Source: Pseudogymnoascus verrucosus (taxonomy: Eukaryota). Taken from it: a stretch of DNA of 56,194 nt. Position 1 is the stretch's first letter. Each line of letters opens with the position of its first letter. Positions 23,499 to 35,567 of this stretch are shown here, piece after piece. The position numbers and the translations under genes were made by a program. The stretch lies in the NCBI GenBank assembly GCA_001662655.1, contig KV460237.1; one strand, given 5' to 3'. The notes beneath the pieces are model-generated. The model was not told the DNA's origin. It was given only the letters and a program-made list of their open reading frames with translations, and ran no database searches.

Positions 23499-24074
23499 AT
23501 TGCTTTTGCTTTAAAGGGAGAGATTGAGTTTCCGCTGGATGATGTGAAGTGGAATAGACAATTATCTGCTCTCTATAGATGCAAGAAGGCAGTCATCAAG
23601 TCTTGCGTGCACGCAGCTTGAAGGGAACCGATTTATTCTGGAAGATATTATATAGCAATATTGCTGATCCTGTCGTTTACTCATTTTATAGTTAGTAGGA
23701 GATTGAACATATTTTATGGTGGAAGAAACTTCCCAAGTACAAGATATCGTGTCATGTTGTGCACTACAAGTTCACAGCACAAGCCCTCCGCACCTAGAGC
23801 AGCGGCAACATCTGCCATCCCATGATATGTTCATCAACTTGCATAGCTTGTGGTGGATAGAAGCCTTGTAACTTCTCTTTGAGTCAGGGTTCTGTTCGCT
23901 GCTTTACCATTAACGCAGCGCGTATGTTTTCGAGATAGATATCCGGCGCGCTTGAACCGAGCATGGTTTCAAGGCAGGTTACAGCAATGAGGAGCAGATT
24001 GGGCTTTCGATCCTGCCGTGAGTGTTTGGTGTAGAGCGATGATTTTGTAAGAGAGAGGGGCTAAATTACTGTAT

Positions 24075-24860
24075 CTATCTCAATCCTACTTCTGACGTGT
24101 CCAATAACTGGTGGGCCAGTTGCCGCAATTCGTCTTTTGCCTTTTCGTGATGTCCGCCTTCCAGAAACGTTGATACTTCAAAATCAATCAACTTTGCTTC
24201 ATTCCCCGAGATGATGATATTGTATTTATTCAGATCGCCATGAACAACGCCTACCCCATGCAGTTGCTCGACCGTATCCTCACAAGCGCCCAGGTCCCCA
24301 ATATCAGGATGCCGTCCATACAGCTCTTCCATCAGAAAGCCCACAACCCGGCTCTTCTCTTCTTCATAAACATACCCAATGAATCCAAGGCAAAGACCAA
24401 ACTTACGATCCCTCAAAGCACCGTATACTCGAACTTCCCTCTGCAGAGCCTCAAGCTCATGCCTGAATCTTGCAATCTTAACCACGCACACCGTCCCGCC
24501 CACAAGCACCCTCGCCATGCTCACGATGATCCGCCCACATCGCTCATGCTCCAGGATATTGTATGCGGGGCCAGCGCAGGCGGAGACGGCGCCACCATCC
24601 AGCTTATGCGCCTCAGACTCATTAACGGTGCACTCCACACCTCCACCTCTCTTTCGAGCCGTAAGCGTGCGCCATTCCCCGTCCCATCCAGGGAGTAGCC
24701 TCAGGTGAGACAGGATCCTAGACCCCTCTGTGCGGTGCTCTGGAGGGACAATGTCAGCGTGGAGCACTGAGACATAGACGATGCGGTGGCCGCGCCGGAT
24801 GCGGTAGAGGTAGTCGTCGTCTTCGAGATCGAGGGAGAGCAATTCTTCCTGCTCGTCCAT
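24075..24860 (-). CDS. Atypical protein-kinase-like (PKL-fold) protein, 261 aa, intronless
   Basis: VVKIARF (beta3 Lys), LQREVRVY (alphaC Glu), VVGFLMEEL, LHGVGVVHGDLNKYNIII (catalytic loop) and KLIDFE (DFG-like). Confidence 0.8.
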   Translation of the reverse strand: MDEQEELLSLDLEDDDYLYRIRRGHRIVYVSVLHADIVPPEHRTEGSRILSHLRLLPGWDGEWRTLTARKRGGGVECTVNESEAHKLDGGAVSACAGPAYNILEHERCGRIIVSMARVLVGGTVCVVKIARFRHELEALQREVRVYGALRDRKFGLCLGFIGYVYEEEKSRVVGFLMEELYGRHPDIGDLGACEDTVEQLHGVGVVHGDLNKYNIIISGNEAKLIDFEVSTFLEGGHHEKAKDELRQLAHQLLDTSEVGLR

Positions 24861-25547
24861 GGATGTAGTGAGTGTCGCGGGCGCATACCGGTTTGTGTTA
24901 CGCTGGTCTGGCGGTTAGGAACCCCGGACTGTGGGCTAGATGGGAAATATATGATCGCTAGCGTTGTCGTCCCCAACGGCTTGTCAGGGGACCCGTTACG
25001 TAACGGGAGAGGCAACACCTACTGTGACTCCTGGACTTTAATATCGCTCGATGTGCTAATTGGGGCTCTATGAGGATGGGCTGGTGAGTGTTTGTCATGG
25101 TTGTTCAGTAACTGAGTGGTCTAGCTCGCCATTTACTTAGTGCTCCGCGCGGATGTCTTGATTAGCGAACCACCCCCAAATCTAGAATAGGAATATTCAT
25201 AGCACACAATATGTATTCATTCCTCTCTTCAAAAACTACCCATAATAATTATGAACCCTCAAAAACCTAGCTATGCGCCGTTTTCCCAACCCGTCCGTCC
25301 CGCAGCCAGTTCTTTATAAAACCAAACGCAAGAAAGGGGGTGAAAAAACAAAAAACAAAACAAAATGCAAAAAATAATAGCTGACATGATTTAAACACGC
25401 TTCTTCCTGCTTTTCCTTCCTTCCTTTCTCTTTATCCGGGTTTGAGACTCGCCTTCCCAATTTTCCACGCGGAAACTAAGTGACCATGTCTCCTCCGAAC
25501 CCCATGTATAAACATGTATAAACAGGTTTTCTTCTCTCGTTACTTAC

Positions 25548-28500
25548 TTACTCCTTCTTCCCCCCCTCCCCCATAATAACCCCCTCCAGCGCCTCCCCCT
25601 CCCCACTCCCCCTCACCAACCCCGCAAACACCCCCCCTTGCTCCATCAACTCCCTCGGGCCCCCAAACTCCACCCCCACCCCCTTATCCATCACCAGAAT
25701 CCTATCAAAATCCGCAATCGTACTCAACCGATGCGCAATAACCACCAACGTCGTATCGCGAAACTCCTCCCTAATACTGCGCTGGATCAGCGCATCCGTG
25801 CCCATATCCACCGCGCTCGTCGCCTCATCCAGGACCAGGATCTTGGGCCTCGCCACGATCGCGCGCGCGAGACAGAGGAGCTGCCGTTGCCCCTGGGAGA
25901 GGTTGAGGCCGGATTCGGAGATGGGGGAGGAGAGCGAGGCGAAGGGGTTCGTGTTGGTTTGGCCCTGTGAGGCGCTGGCGCTGCTAGAGCCCGGCGGGGA
26001 CGGTGAGTCAGCGCGCGAGGTAGGCGCGGAGACGAGATGGACGCGCTGAAGTGCGTCGCGAAGCTCGGCATCCTCGTACTCGTCGAAGGGATCGAGATTA
26101 CTCCTCACGGTCCCGGAAAACAGAACAGGGTCCTGCGGGATGATGGCGAGGCGGCTGCGGAGGGCTTGTAGCTTCACTGTCGAGATGTCGAGGCCGTCGA
26201 TGACGATTTTCCCCGAGCGCGGGTCGAGAAAGCGGAACAGCGCGAGAGTGAGAGAGGACTTACCCGCTCCGGTGCGGCCCACGACGCCGACGCGCTGGTT
26301 GGGCGCGATGGAGAAGGAGAGGCCGTTTAGGATAGCAGGCAGGTCGGGTGCGTAGCCGACGACGAGATCGGAGACCTCGAGGCGGCCCGAGGAAGGCCAT
26401 GCGGCGGGTGGGTCGATGCCCTTCTCCGTCTCGGTGGGGAGGTTGGCGTACTCGATTACGCGCTCGGCGGAGTTGAAGTCCAGCTCGAGGGATGCGTAGT
26501 GGCGAAGTGCCCACATGATGGCAGCGGAGTACTCGAGGCTGAACGCTAGCGCGAAGCCGCCGAGGGAGGCGGAAATGGATGGGATGAGCAGGATGGTGGT
26601 GGAGACCGCGACGCAGAAGAGCGCGCCGACGGATGCCATACGGAGTCCCATCCAGCGGTTGAAGAGCCACAGGTGCCAAGTTGTCGTCGAGTGGCTGTCA
26701 ATCAGGTCGTACATGCGCTTGACGTATACGTCTGCCTTGTCGAAGCCGCGGATCGTAGCGACGCCCGCGAGGGCGGCGTTGAAGGTCTCGAAGATTGGGG
26801 ATTTGGCATTGCTCTCGAGACGCTTCACTTCGCGCGCGCCGGCTAGGTAGCGCATGGCGAAGTGGAGGCAGATGGCTGCAAGGACGAAGGCGAGGACGAA
26901 GATGTAGGAGGATACGAAGAGACTAGTTTTGTTAGACAGTCGTTAGAAAAAGGGGGGAGAGGTGAGAGGCATACCCAGCAATGACAATACCAATCACAGA
27001 GAAGACATCCATAATTCCGAAACTCAAATCATACGCTAGACGCGCATCGACGATGACGAAATCAGCCGTGAAGCGATTCAACACACGTCCAATGGGCACG
27101 GTATCGATCCACCGTAGCGGCGTTCTCAGAACCGTGTATGTGATATCCTCAAACAGCTGCTTAGACGCGCGAATGCTGCCCAAGAAGATGTAATAGTGCT
27201 TGAAGACACCCAGGAAGCACGATAACAGCGACACCGACACGTAAAGCGCGAGGTAATAAACAAGATTATCGTGGAACTCCTCGTTGCCGCCCTTGACCAC
27301 CGGAGCCTGGAAAGCATAGGTGAACATCGCGTGCGCGGTGTGCTCCTCGTCGCTACCAGTCCAGAGTTTGAGGATCCACGAGCGGCCAAGCGTCGTGATC
27401 TCGAGGATAGAGAAGATGACGGCTGCCACGCTCCAGAATGGCACACCGCCGCTTGACTTCAGGTATCCGAGGTAGATGACCTTCTTGATCGCACCCGTCT
27501 CGCGGCCCTCTTCCTCCACAAACTTCTTCGCCGACGCCTTGGTATCGACTCTCGTCAGGAGCTCCCCACTCGTATCCACATCCGATGAGTCGGATGCCAC
27601 GGCCGTCGACGCCTCATCAGCCTCAACCTCCTCCCTCGTCTCATTGTGGCTGACAATCTCCCCCATCACACCCTCCCTCTCCAACTCCGCCACCAACCCC
27701 GCGTGCTCCACCGTCCCCTCCCCAAGCTCAACCAGGTACTTCGCCCTGGGTCTACAGAGCGCCACATGATGGGTAACCAGGATGCGCGTGCGCCCCGCGC
27801 CCAGCTCTCCCGTCAGGGCTTCTTCAAAAATATGCCTGCCCACATGCGCATCCAGCGCACTGAATAGGTCATCCAATAACAGTATACCGGCACGCGAATA
27901 TAACGCTCGTGCAAATGTCAACCTCCAGCGCTGTCCGCCGCTCAGATTGATACCCTGGGCCCCAATTTCCGTATCCTCGCCATCAGGCATGATAGCCAGG
28001 TCAGCGCGGAGGGCGCACACATCGATAGTCTTGGCGTATCGCTCCTCATCAAGCGGGAGACCAAAGAGGATGTTCTCCTTGACAGTTGCATTCTCGATCC
28101 ATGGGATTTGTGCCACATAGGCGATAGACGATGGAATAATCCAGTTATCGCGCGTAGCGGCGGCGTCATTACGGGAGGAAAGCGGAGGAGATAGAGGAAC
28201 ATGCACACTTCCGGCGAGGAGGTCGGTTTCTCCGAGAATGGCGCTGAGGAGGAGCGTCTTGCCCGACCCGGTTTTTCCAGAGATGATGCTCAGTTCACCT
28301 TTGGGGAAGGCGATATCAATATCGCGGAGGACGTACTTGTCCGCCTCGTCGGTGTCGTCGTCGCAGGGCCAGGCGACGGAGGCGTGTTCGAAGGAGATTG
28401 TGTCTGAAACCTTGCGGTCAGAGGCGATTTCGGGCGCGGATAGGTACTCCTCGATGCGAGTAACGGAGACGAAGGCGTCGATCAGGTCGGTGGTTAACTC

Positions 28501-30284
28501 AGGGATGATAGATAGTGTCAGCTCGAGCTGCTTGAAGACGCCGATGCTGGTGAAGGCGACGGATGGGCTTAGACCTCCCTCTAGGACTGCGTAGGTCGCG
28601 AGCGAGGCCGCGGAAAGCATGATGGGCGAGGCAATCCAGCAGAGGATCAGGCCAGTGTCGTTGAGTAGCGAGGACCAGAGATCGCGCAACTCCCGGTCAC
28701 GAACCTTCCTGATCTTAGCTCCCCACTGGTTTTCTGTGGCTGTCCATTTGATCTGTTTCATGCCCTGTAGGGCCTCGTTGACAACGGCCAGCTTGGCGTC
28801 GCGCGCCTTCATCAGACGGTCCTGCGCAGCACTGTAGCGCTTGCTGAATATAATGTTGGCGGGAAGGATGATAACCATAGTCATCAGCCCCGCGAGCAGA
28901 CTGCGCCACCCAATCAACTGAATCAGGAATGCAAACGAGATCACCAGCTTGAAGAAGCTGCCAGGAAAGAAGAAATTAAACGCTGCAAAGTCCGCAACGC
29001 GCTTCGCATCGACACCGATGAGATTCACAATCGCCTGCCTCGACTTCTGCCCCATATCCTCATCATCAATCTCCGCCTTCATCGCCCCGGCCTCGACATT
29101 CTCCTCATCCACCTCCCCCTCCGCCGTCTTCGCCACGCTCTTCACATCCTTCCTCCGCATCGACTTCTCAAACACAAGCGCCGACAGCTCGGCTCGGATC
29201 GGGATCGACAAATCTGCCTGCGATAGCCAGAGCAGCCACCCCTCCACCCACGACGACGCAACCGTCATCACCCCCAGCGCCGCGACCCACACGAACGCCT
29301 CGGAGGTGATGGGCTCGCCGCTACCGCGGCGCTCGAGCACGCGCAGGATCTGTAGCAGCACGAACTGCGGCGCGAAGTTGCCAAAAGCCTGGACAAACGC
29401 CAGTGCCCACTGGCCCGCGAAGGCCCACTTGTGCGTCAGGAAGATGCGCAGCATGAGGCTGCCCGGTAAGTTGGCGCGGGTCCACGACGCTGCCAGGTCG
29501 GCGGAGCGGGTGTCGGCGTTGGGGCGCGGGAGGTCGGACATGTTCAGCGTGCCCTTCTTGGCGGCGAAACGGAGCACAGCGTTGCACCACTCGAAGGAGT
29601 ACTTGCTCAGCGCTGAGTTGGTGTTCATGGCGTCGATGGGGCGACTACCGTCGATGAAGACGCCGGGGCGGCGCGGGATGGTGAGGTTGGCGAAGGCGAC
29701 GGCGGTGGTGAGGATGAGCTGGGCTACGCGCAGGATGAAGGTGGGGAGGGGGCCAATGTCGCTGCGCACCTGGGCGAGGATGATGGATTGGGCACACTGG
29801 CCGCCGAGGAGGAACCAGGCAGAGATGGAGCCGTAGATGCCCAGGTCATAGGTCATAACTGGGGCTCTCGCATAGACTACGGCGAGAGCCTGGAGGGAAA
29901 TAAGCACCTGTCATTGCTGTTAGCTAGTTATTCATAGATTAATTGACAATCCCAAGTTACCCATCCAGTGGCATTGAACCAGTTCTCAAGGAAGAAGCCC
30001 TCGTTGCTGTCTAGAGTGCTGAGCACAGCGATAGCCACGGATACGCCTAGGCCGAGAAGAGCCAGTAGGCAAATGGCGATTTTGGGCCCCGTCGTCGAGT
30101 AGGCGGCTGTGGTTTCCGCCGTGGCCACGCCGTCGGCATCCTCGTAGATGCGCTGCAGCTGGCCATCCTTCCTGCTGTGCCACCGGGGTGCAATGAGCCG
30201 TAGCGACGCCGCAGACGAGATGGTCACTAGGGCGAGTGCAATGGCGCCCGCGGCGAGAGAGACGGAGATTGTGTTGTTCGACAT
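25548..30284 (-). CDS. Full-size ABCC (MRP/Ybt1-like) ABC transporter; exons 30284-29961, 29907-26975, 26922-25548
   Basis: Two TMD-NBD halves. NBD1 has [16 protein letters not shown] and LLLDD; NBD2 has [21 protein letters not shown] and LVLDEATS. Two GT-AG introns restore a continuous frame. Confidence 0.95.
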
Positions 30285-31526
30285 GGCGAGCTGTGTGGTG
30301 GGATTGAAGGACGTCCTGTTCTTTTGGTTCACAGGGTCCTGTGGTGGGGGGAATCCGAGCTCCAAATGAGTGAATTATCACAGGCTGTCGGCGGTTCTAC
30401 ACGAAGGACGCTGTTACCGCATCACGCCGAGTCCGTCCGTTAATTTCAGTCTACTCGGTCAAGTCCCCCTTTGCTCGGCGCGCACGAAATATACTATATA
30501 TCTGTCTCTAGGGAAAGTCGAGAAGGGAGCCTTTTAGCTTTTTGTCGAGTCAGCACCGCGGTGGAGCCAAGCTATGGCGATCTGCGGGAGGAGGCGGCAG
30601 GAAATTTTGCAGATTGGTGCTAGTTCGCTCGGTAGGGTGGTGGTGGGTTGTGCAAGGCAACGGGCCTGAGTCACTCGGCGAGAAAGGCTAGAGGATACGG
30701 AGCAGGTGGTAGAGATGGCGTTGTGAGGTTTGTAGTTGTAGTTGTACTCGTGGAGATGAGTACATGTGCGTATACTGTGTCTGTAATGTGTCTGTACTAG
30801 ATACTGTGCATATATCGATGCTAGACAAGACAACTCTCTGTAGCGCCCAGCTAGGCAGTATATTTGTGCTGTAGATGTGAATATCTCTCAACCATCAACC
30901 TCTGCTGTACGACGACCTCGAGTAAAAATATCAAAATCCCCATAAAAAAATGCTCGTATTGTACTGTACTGTCTAGTACCTACGCCACTTCCCACATCCA
31001 TCATCCCTAAGGGCGTTAAGAGCGGGCATGGCGTTCGCTGACGGACAACGGGGATTGGTGACGATTTTGGGCGGTGCTGACGGACGCTATGGACCCTGTC
31101 AGCTGTGCAGCATAATTCCAAGTATGCACAGTATAATGCATAGTATGCATATCACATCTCCATCACGGCTCCATCACATACATCATGGACAGACTCGAAG
31201 GCTGCTGCTAGTTGCTCTACGGGGGAGACGGCGGAGGAGTGATGTCTAGGGATAGTGAAATGTCGAATAACATGTCTGGGAAAGTCTGGGAAAGATGGGT
31301 GCGGGGTGTTACCTACGTTCTGGACACGAGGGACGTACAGGGTCTGGGGTGGGACAGTGGTAGCTGTGAGCCCTGTTCGTCCGTTATCTTAGGGTTCCAG
31401 CTTGTACTGGGTACTGAGGGAGAGGCAGCATCCCACAGCATCCCTTCCCATCCCATCACCCACAACCCCATCACCCCATCCCCTAACCACCACCCTAGCA
31501 CACCCGCCCTAGCATGTTTTTCCTAG

Positions 31527-31568
31527 CACCTTTATCCTACCACCTTTATCCTGCCACCTTTATCCTAG
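31527..31568. repeat. Three tandem 14-mers CACCTTTATCCT(AC/GC/AG)
   Basis: Direct reading: 31527-31540, 31541-31554 and 31555-31568. Confidence 0.85.
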
Positions 31569-31911
31569 CGAGCTCGGTCGAGGCTTGTCGCCGGCGAGAG
31601 AACGAGAAGGGGGGAGGCGGGTTGGTGGTGAGCAGAAGAGGAAGGAGGAAAGATTAGGGTCATCGAGTTTTCACGGGTTATCTCACCGGCTTACTGTGCA
31701 TTTATGAGTATACACACGCTTTGTACAGACCACGCATTTGCTTACATATTCTCTTGTATATTAGAGAATACGCGCTCACTCATCTCTGACTCCGAACTGC
31801 ACTCTGTACTGCACACTCTGCACACTTCTACATGCTCGCTTTTTTGCAGTACTCGTGACTCACTCATAGATGTCCGAGTCCCATTGTGTCTTGCTCCTTC
31901 CCTTCTCACCG

Positions 31912-31976
31912 CAACTACAACTACGACAATTACGATAACTACGACAACTACGACAACTACGACAACTACGATAACT
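31912..31976. repeat. 9-bp minisatellite (ACAACTACG)n, ~7 imperfect copies
   Basis: Direct reading; it produces the spurious poly-Thr run in ORF 31704-32171. Confidence 0.9.
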
Positions 31977-32114
31977 GAGAGTATAATAGTATACTCGAGT
32001 ATATGTCCTTCCTTCCTTCTTTCCCTCCCTTCCTCTTCTCCTGCATCTCTATCTCACGCTCTTGCCAACTTCTCCGCCCTCCCATCCTACGCTCCTTCCC
32101 TCTCCCCTGACCAA

Positions 32115-32215
32115 CACTCATACTCACACTCACACTCATACTCACACTCACACTCATACTCGCACTCATAATGACGCTCATACTCACAGTCACACTCACA
32201 CTCATAATCACGCTC
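32115..32215. repeat. Hexanucleotide microsatellite (CAYACT)n, degenerating 3'
   Basis: Direct reading: cactcatactcacactcacactcatact... Confidence 0.9.
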
Positions 32216-34201
32216 CAGGCCACACCGCCCATCACATCACCTGCTCAATTCCCAAACTCCAATCCCCAATTCCCACGGCCGCCTGTTACACCCTCATAAG
32301 CCGTACCACCACACCAACAAACCCCAGCCCCCAACCCCATCTCACCCACTCCCGCTCCCACTCCCTCCCATCCTAGCATGTAACCTCACGTAACCTCACT
32401 ACTGCACCACCCAGCACCACCCAGCACCCCATCCATCGCACGCACCTCCATCTCCACTACACCGCACCATCCACCGTACGCCGCACCCCAATCCATCCCA
32501 TCCACCCCACCAACCCACCCTCCTCACCTGAACGTAGGTGACCCGAGCATCCCCCCACCCATAGGGTCCCATCCCATTCAGGGTAACTCGTCGTCCCTCT
32601 CAGGGTAGCCGCCGCCTCATGTCTCGCCCGGTCCGCGAGAGAGGCTGGCGCGCGCGCTTCCGATTGGGTGGGCGTGGGGGTGCATGGGGATGGGGATGGA
32701 GAGGTGCAGATGCGCGGTGGGGTGGTGGGGGGTTGGTGGGAGTTGTGGGACCGTAGGGGGGATAGATCAGATTAGATCACGGGATTTGAGGAGGGAGGGA
32801 CCGCAAGTTATGGTACTCTATGAAAGGGGCGATGATGCGAGTTATGAGGAAGAGAGAGGAGATGGAGCTGCAGGATCGGTAGGCTGTGTTGTTCTATGCT
32901 GTTGCATGGAAGATGCAGAGCAGCGTTACAGAGAAGTATGAACACAGAGTAGGGAATGGCTGCCATGATGGCTTCGATGTTATACTGCCTTATGCCGTAT
33001 TTATACCCACCAAAGCCTTGTACAGCCAGACAGAGCCAATCCATGTCGCGGCGACAAACGCACAAAATCACATAATAATATCACGGGATTCTAAACATAA
33101 TATCACGTGAATAAATCCATAGGATGATCACGGGTTCTCAAAGGGGCAATCAATAGCAAGTATCCCCACCTTAGAAGATAGGTATTCACCTAGAGTGAAA
33201 GCACACGCAGTTTGTCGTGCTGTGGCCTCGAAGAAACGCTTCTAGCCAAAGTTTCATTTATAGAACGGGTGCCCCTCCGGTTAAATATCTTTTCGATTGA
33301 CTGGAGATGTAGCCCTGTACTTTTTGCCTCGGCCGACATTTGATAAACGGGCGTGCGTAAGTCCTATGGGTATGATGATTTTTGACGTGGGAGTAGCAAT
33401 GAAGGTCGTCTATATTATGTACAGCGAGGGGATATCAAAGCGCTACTTATGAGGAAGGCCCTCGATTTGTGGACTACGTTTGATTGAGGGTGGTGCCATA
33501 CAGCCCGGTGGCGTCTGTTACACAAACATGCAGAAGTTTCACGGCATTTAGGAATTATAGTATTAGTTGGCAAAGTTTAAGGTTAGAGAATGGGCGGTGA
33601 GAATTGCAAAGGTAAGGGGGCATACGTTGTATTGGCCCTGCGGAACAAAGTTTGTTCATAGAACGGGTGCTTACAGATTTATTGGCGAGGGAATCCACCA
33701 TAAAGCTCATATGCCAGTGCATATGTTTGCTCTATGCATATTATTATAGCTAGCCTACTGGACCCAAGACTATTTATGATAGGGCTGTTGCATGAGGCGG
33801 CAATTAGCTGATGGGAACCAGCACTGGCGGCGGCAAGGCGGCAGCCACGGCTCCCAAGACGGAATGCAGCATGCTCAATTATTGGTACGGAAGTGGACCG
33901 AAATGTATAGTATGTGTCACTAAAATTGATCGCAAGACTGTCTATGCGTCTAGGAAACAGTGGTGCGGCGTTTGTAGCTAAGACTTGCTCCTACGAATAG
34001 AACTGCCAGCCTCACAAGGGAGCAAATAAAGAAACCAAGTAATTTATATTCCAAGAACTGCTAGAAAGTTCATTATACCTCTCAAGGAACCCTTTGTGGT
34101 ATCTCGAGGCAGTGTATTTAAATAGTCTGTTGTACTAACCATAAGGTTTCTCTAGATTTAGTCAATTCAATATTGGATTTCACAAGACGGAGGCTGGCCC
34201 A

Positions 34202-34702
34202 ATGGACAACTTTTCAAAATCGGCAAGAGAAGATACAAGTACGATTAGTGCGGCAAAACTGCAAGGGATAAAGCAAGTCGGCGGTGGTATCCAGGAAACA
34301 ACAGGAGCCACCAGAGGAAACCCCCCTCCAGGAGAGGCAGGCACAGGGATTAATACAAATGCGAAGTGGCTAGCATCTTTGAAATTGTCAGATGCTATTG
34401 CACTCTGGGAATTGTTTAAATCTCGAGTTGAATTGCATCCAAAGCATCGCTTGTCGCCCGCACAGGTGCTTACATTGACCTCTCTCAGGGCCGCGGACAT
34501 TGAGACGGTTAGGACTGGACAATGGTACTTTGGCCTGGTTACATGTGAAGTTGCAGATATCGGTTCGCAACGCCAGCATCCTCGATGGCAGGTTCGATTA
34601 GACCAGGGCGTATTGTCGGTGGGTGGCTGCTGGCAAGGGGCTACAGGTATCGCAGAGAGATTTCGGGATGCGTCGCCCTTGGGATTCGAAGGGCGGCAAT
34701 GA
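34202..34702 (+). CDS. Possible hypothetical protein (166 aa) or gene remnant
   Basis: ATG-initiated ORF in an otherwise gene-free stretch, with TATTTAAA ~85 nt upstream. No recognisable motif. Confidence 0.25.
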   Translation: MDNFSKSAREDTSTISAAKLQGIKQVGGGIQETTGATRGNPPPGEAGTGINTNAKWLASLKLSDAIALWELFKSRVELHPKHRLSPAQVLTLTSLRAADIETVRTGQWYFGLVTCEVADIGSQRQHPRWQVRLDQGVLSVGGCWQGATGIAERFRDASPLGFEGRQ

Positions 34703-35567
34703 TGGGAAGACACGGAGACAGGGCAGGTTCGTCAAGTAGCCAACCAGCAATGCAATTCGTTACAACACTCAATTATTACGCTCCTCATGATGACCCGTGA
34801 ATGTCTTGTTTACTTACTCACCTACTTTATTACCTTCGGTGCCAAAGCCTTGTCGGCGACAGGGGACAATCGGTTTATGTGGCGATGATTAGACGAACTA
34901 CTCGTAGTGAGACTGGAATTCCCATATTTGTATTAATTGGGCGCTGATTGGGCGCTGATTCACGTTGGTGGAGAGTTTTGTTGGCAATTGTTTCGGGGTT
35001 GATGGCTGTCAAGCTGATATCAAGCACGTCGCGTAAACGAGCGCTATGCGTCGCTTCTGATTGGGTGCGGGGAAACAGCTTCACAGCTCCCAGCTCGAGT
35101 CGGCATGAAGCGGCCGCATATTCCGATGGTCCGCTATCCGCGTATTGGAGTGATAGCCTGTGAGACGGGAGGGAGATACAGCCCACCGTAGTAAAGCACT
35201 GTATGGAACCGCGTTCAACGATCAGCCGCGATCATCCACAGGAGGAACACTTCCGCATACAACAGCTGCTTCTTCCAATCCCACACAAACTGAGGACTTG
35301 GCCCCTATTCCCCGTCGACAATCATACCGCATACCAGCTCTCGCTTCTCACGAAAGGCATCCATAACTTCACATTCCTCACGGAAGACCAGCCGGCCAGC
35401 CATAGACACGACGTCAGCCTCGCCGACCAGACCTCTTCACCACCTCACGCTCAAGGACAAGGACATACCAACCCTGAGAGCAGGAGAGCAGCACTCTCTC
35501 CACACGGTCGCTGCAGCTGGTCCACCGGGGATACCCAATGCACCGCCGCTGAGGCCTTGTCTACACC

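Noticed and set aside
28949..29836. Long antisense ORFs over real genes (also 1200-1784, 13077-13985, 40186-41304 and 53690-55255)
   Set aside because: These are shadow ORFs caused by GC-rich third codon positions on the opposite coding strand.
31704..32376. Thr-rich and His/Ser-repeat ORFs
   Set aside because: They are translations of microsatellites with no coding signature.
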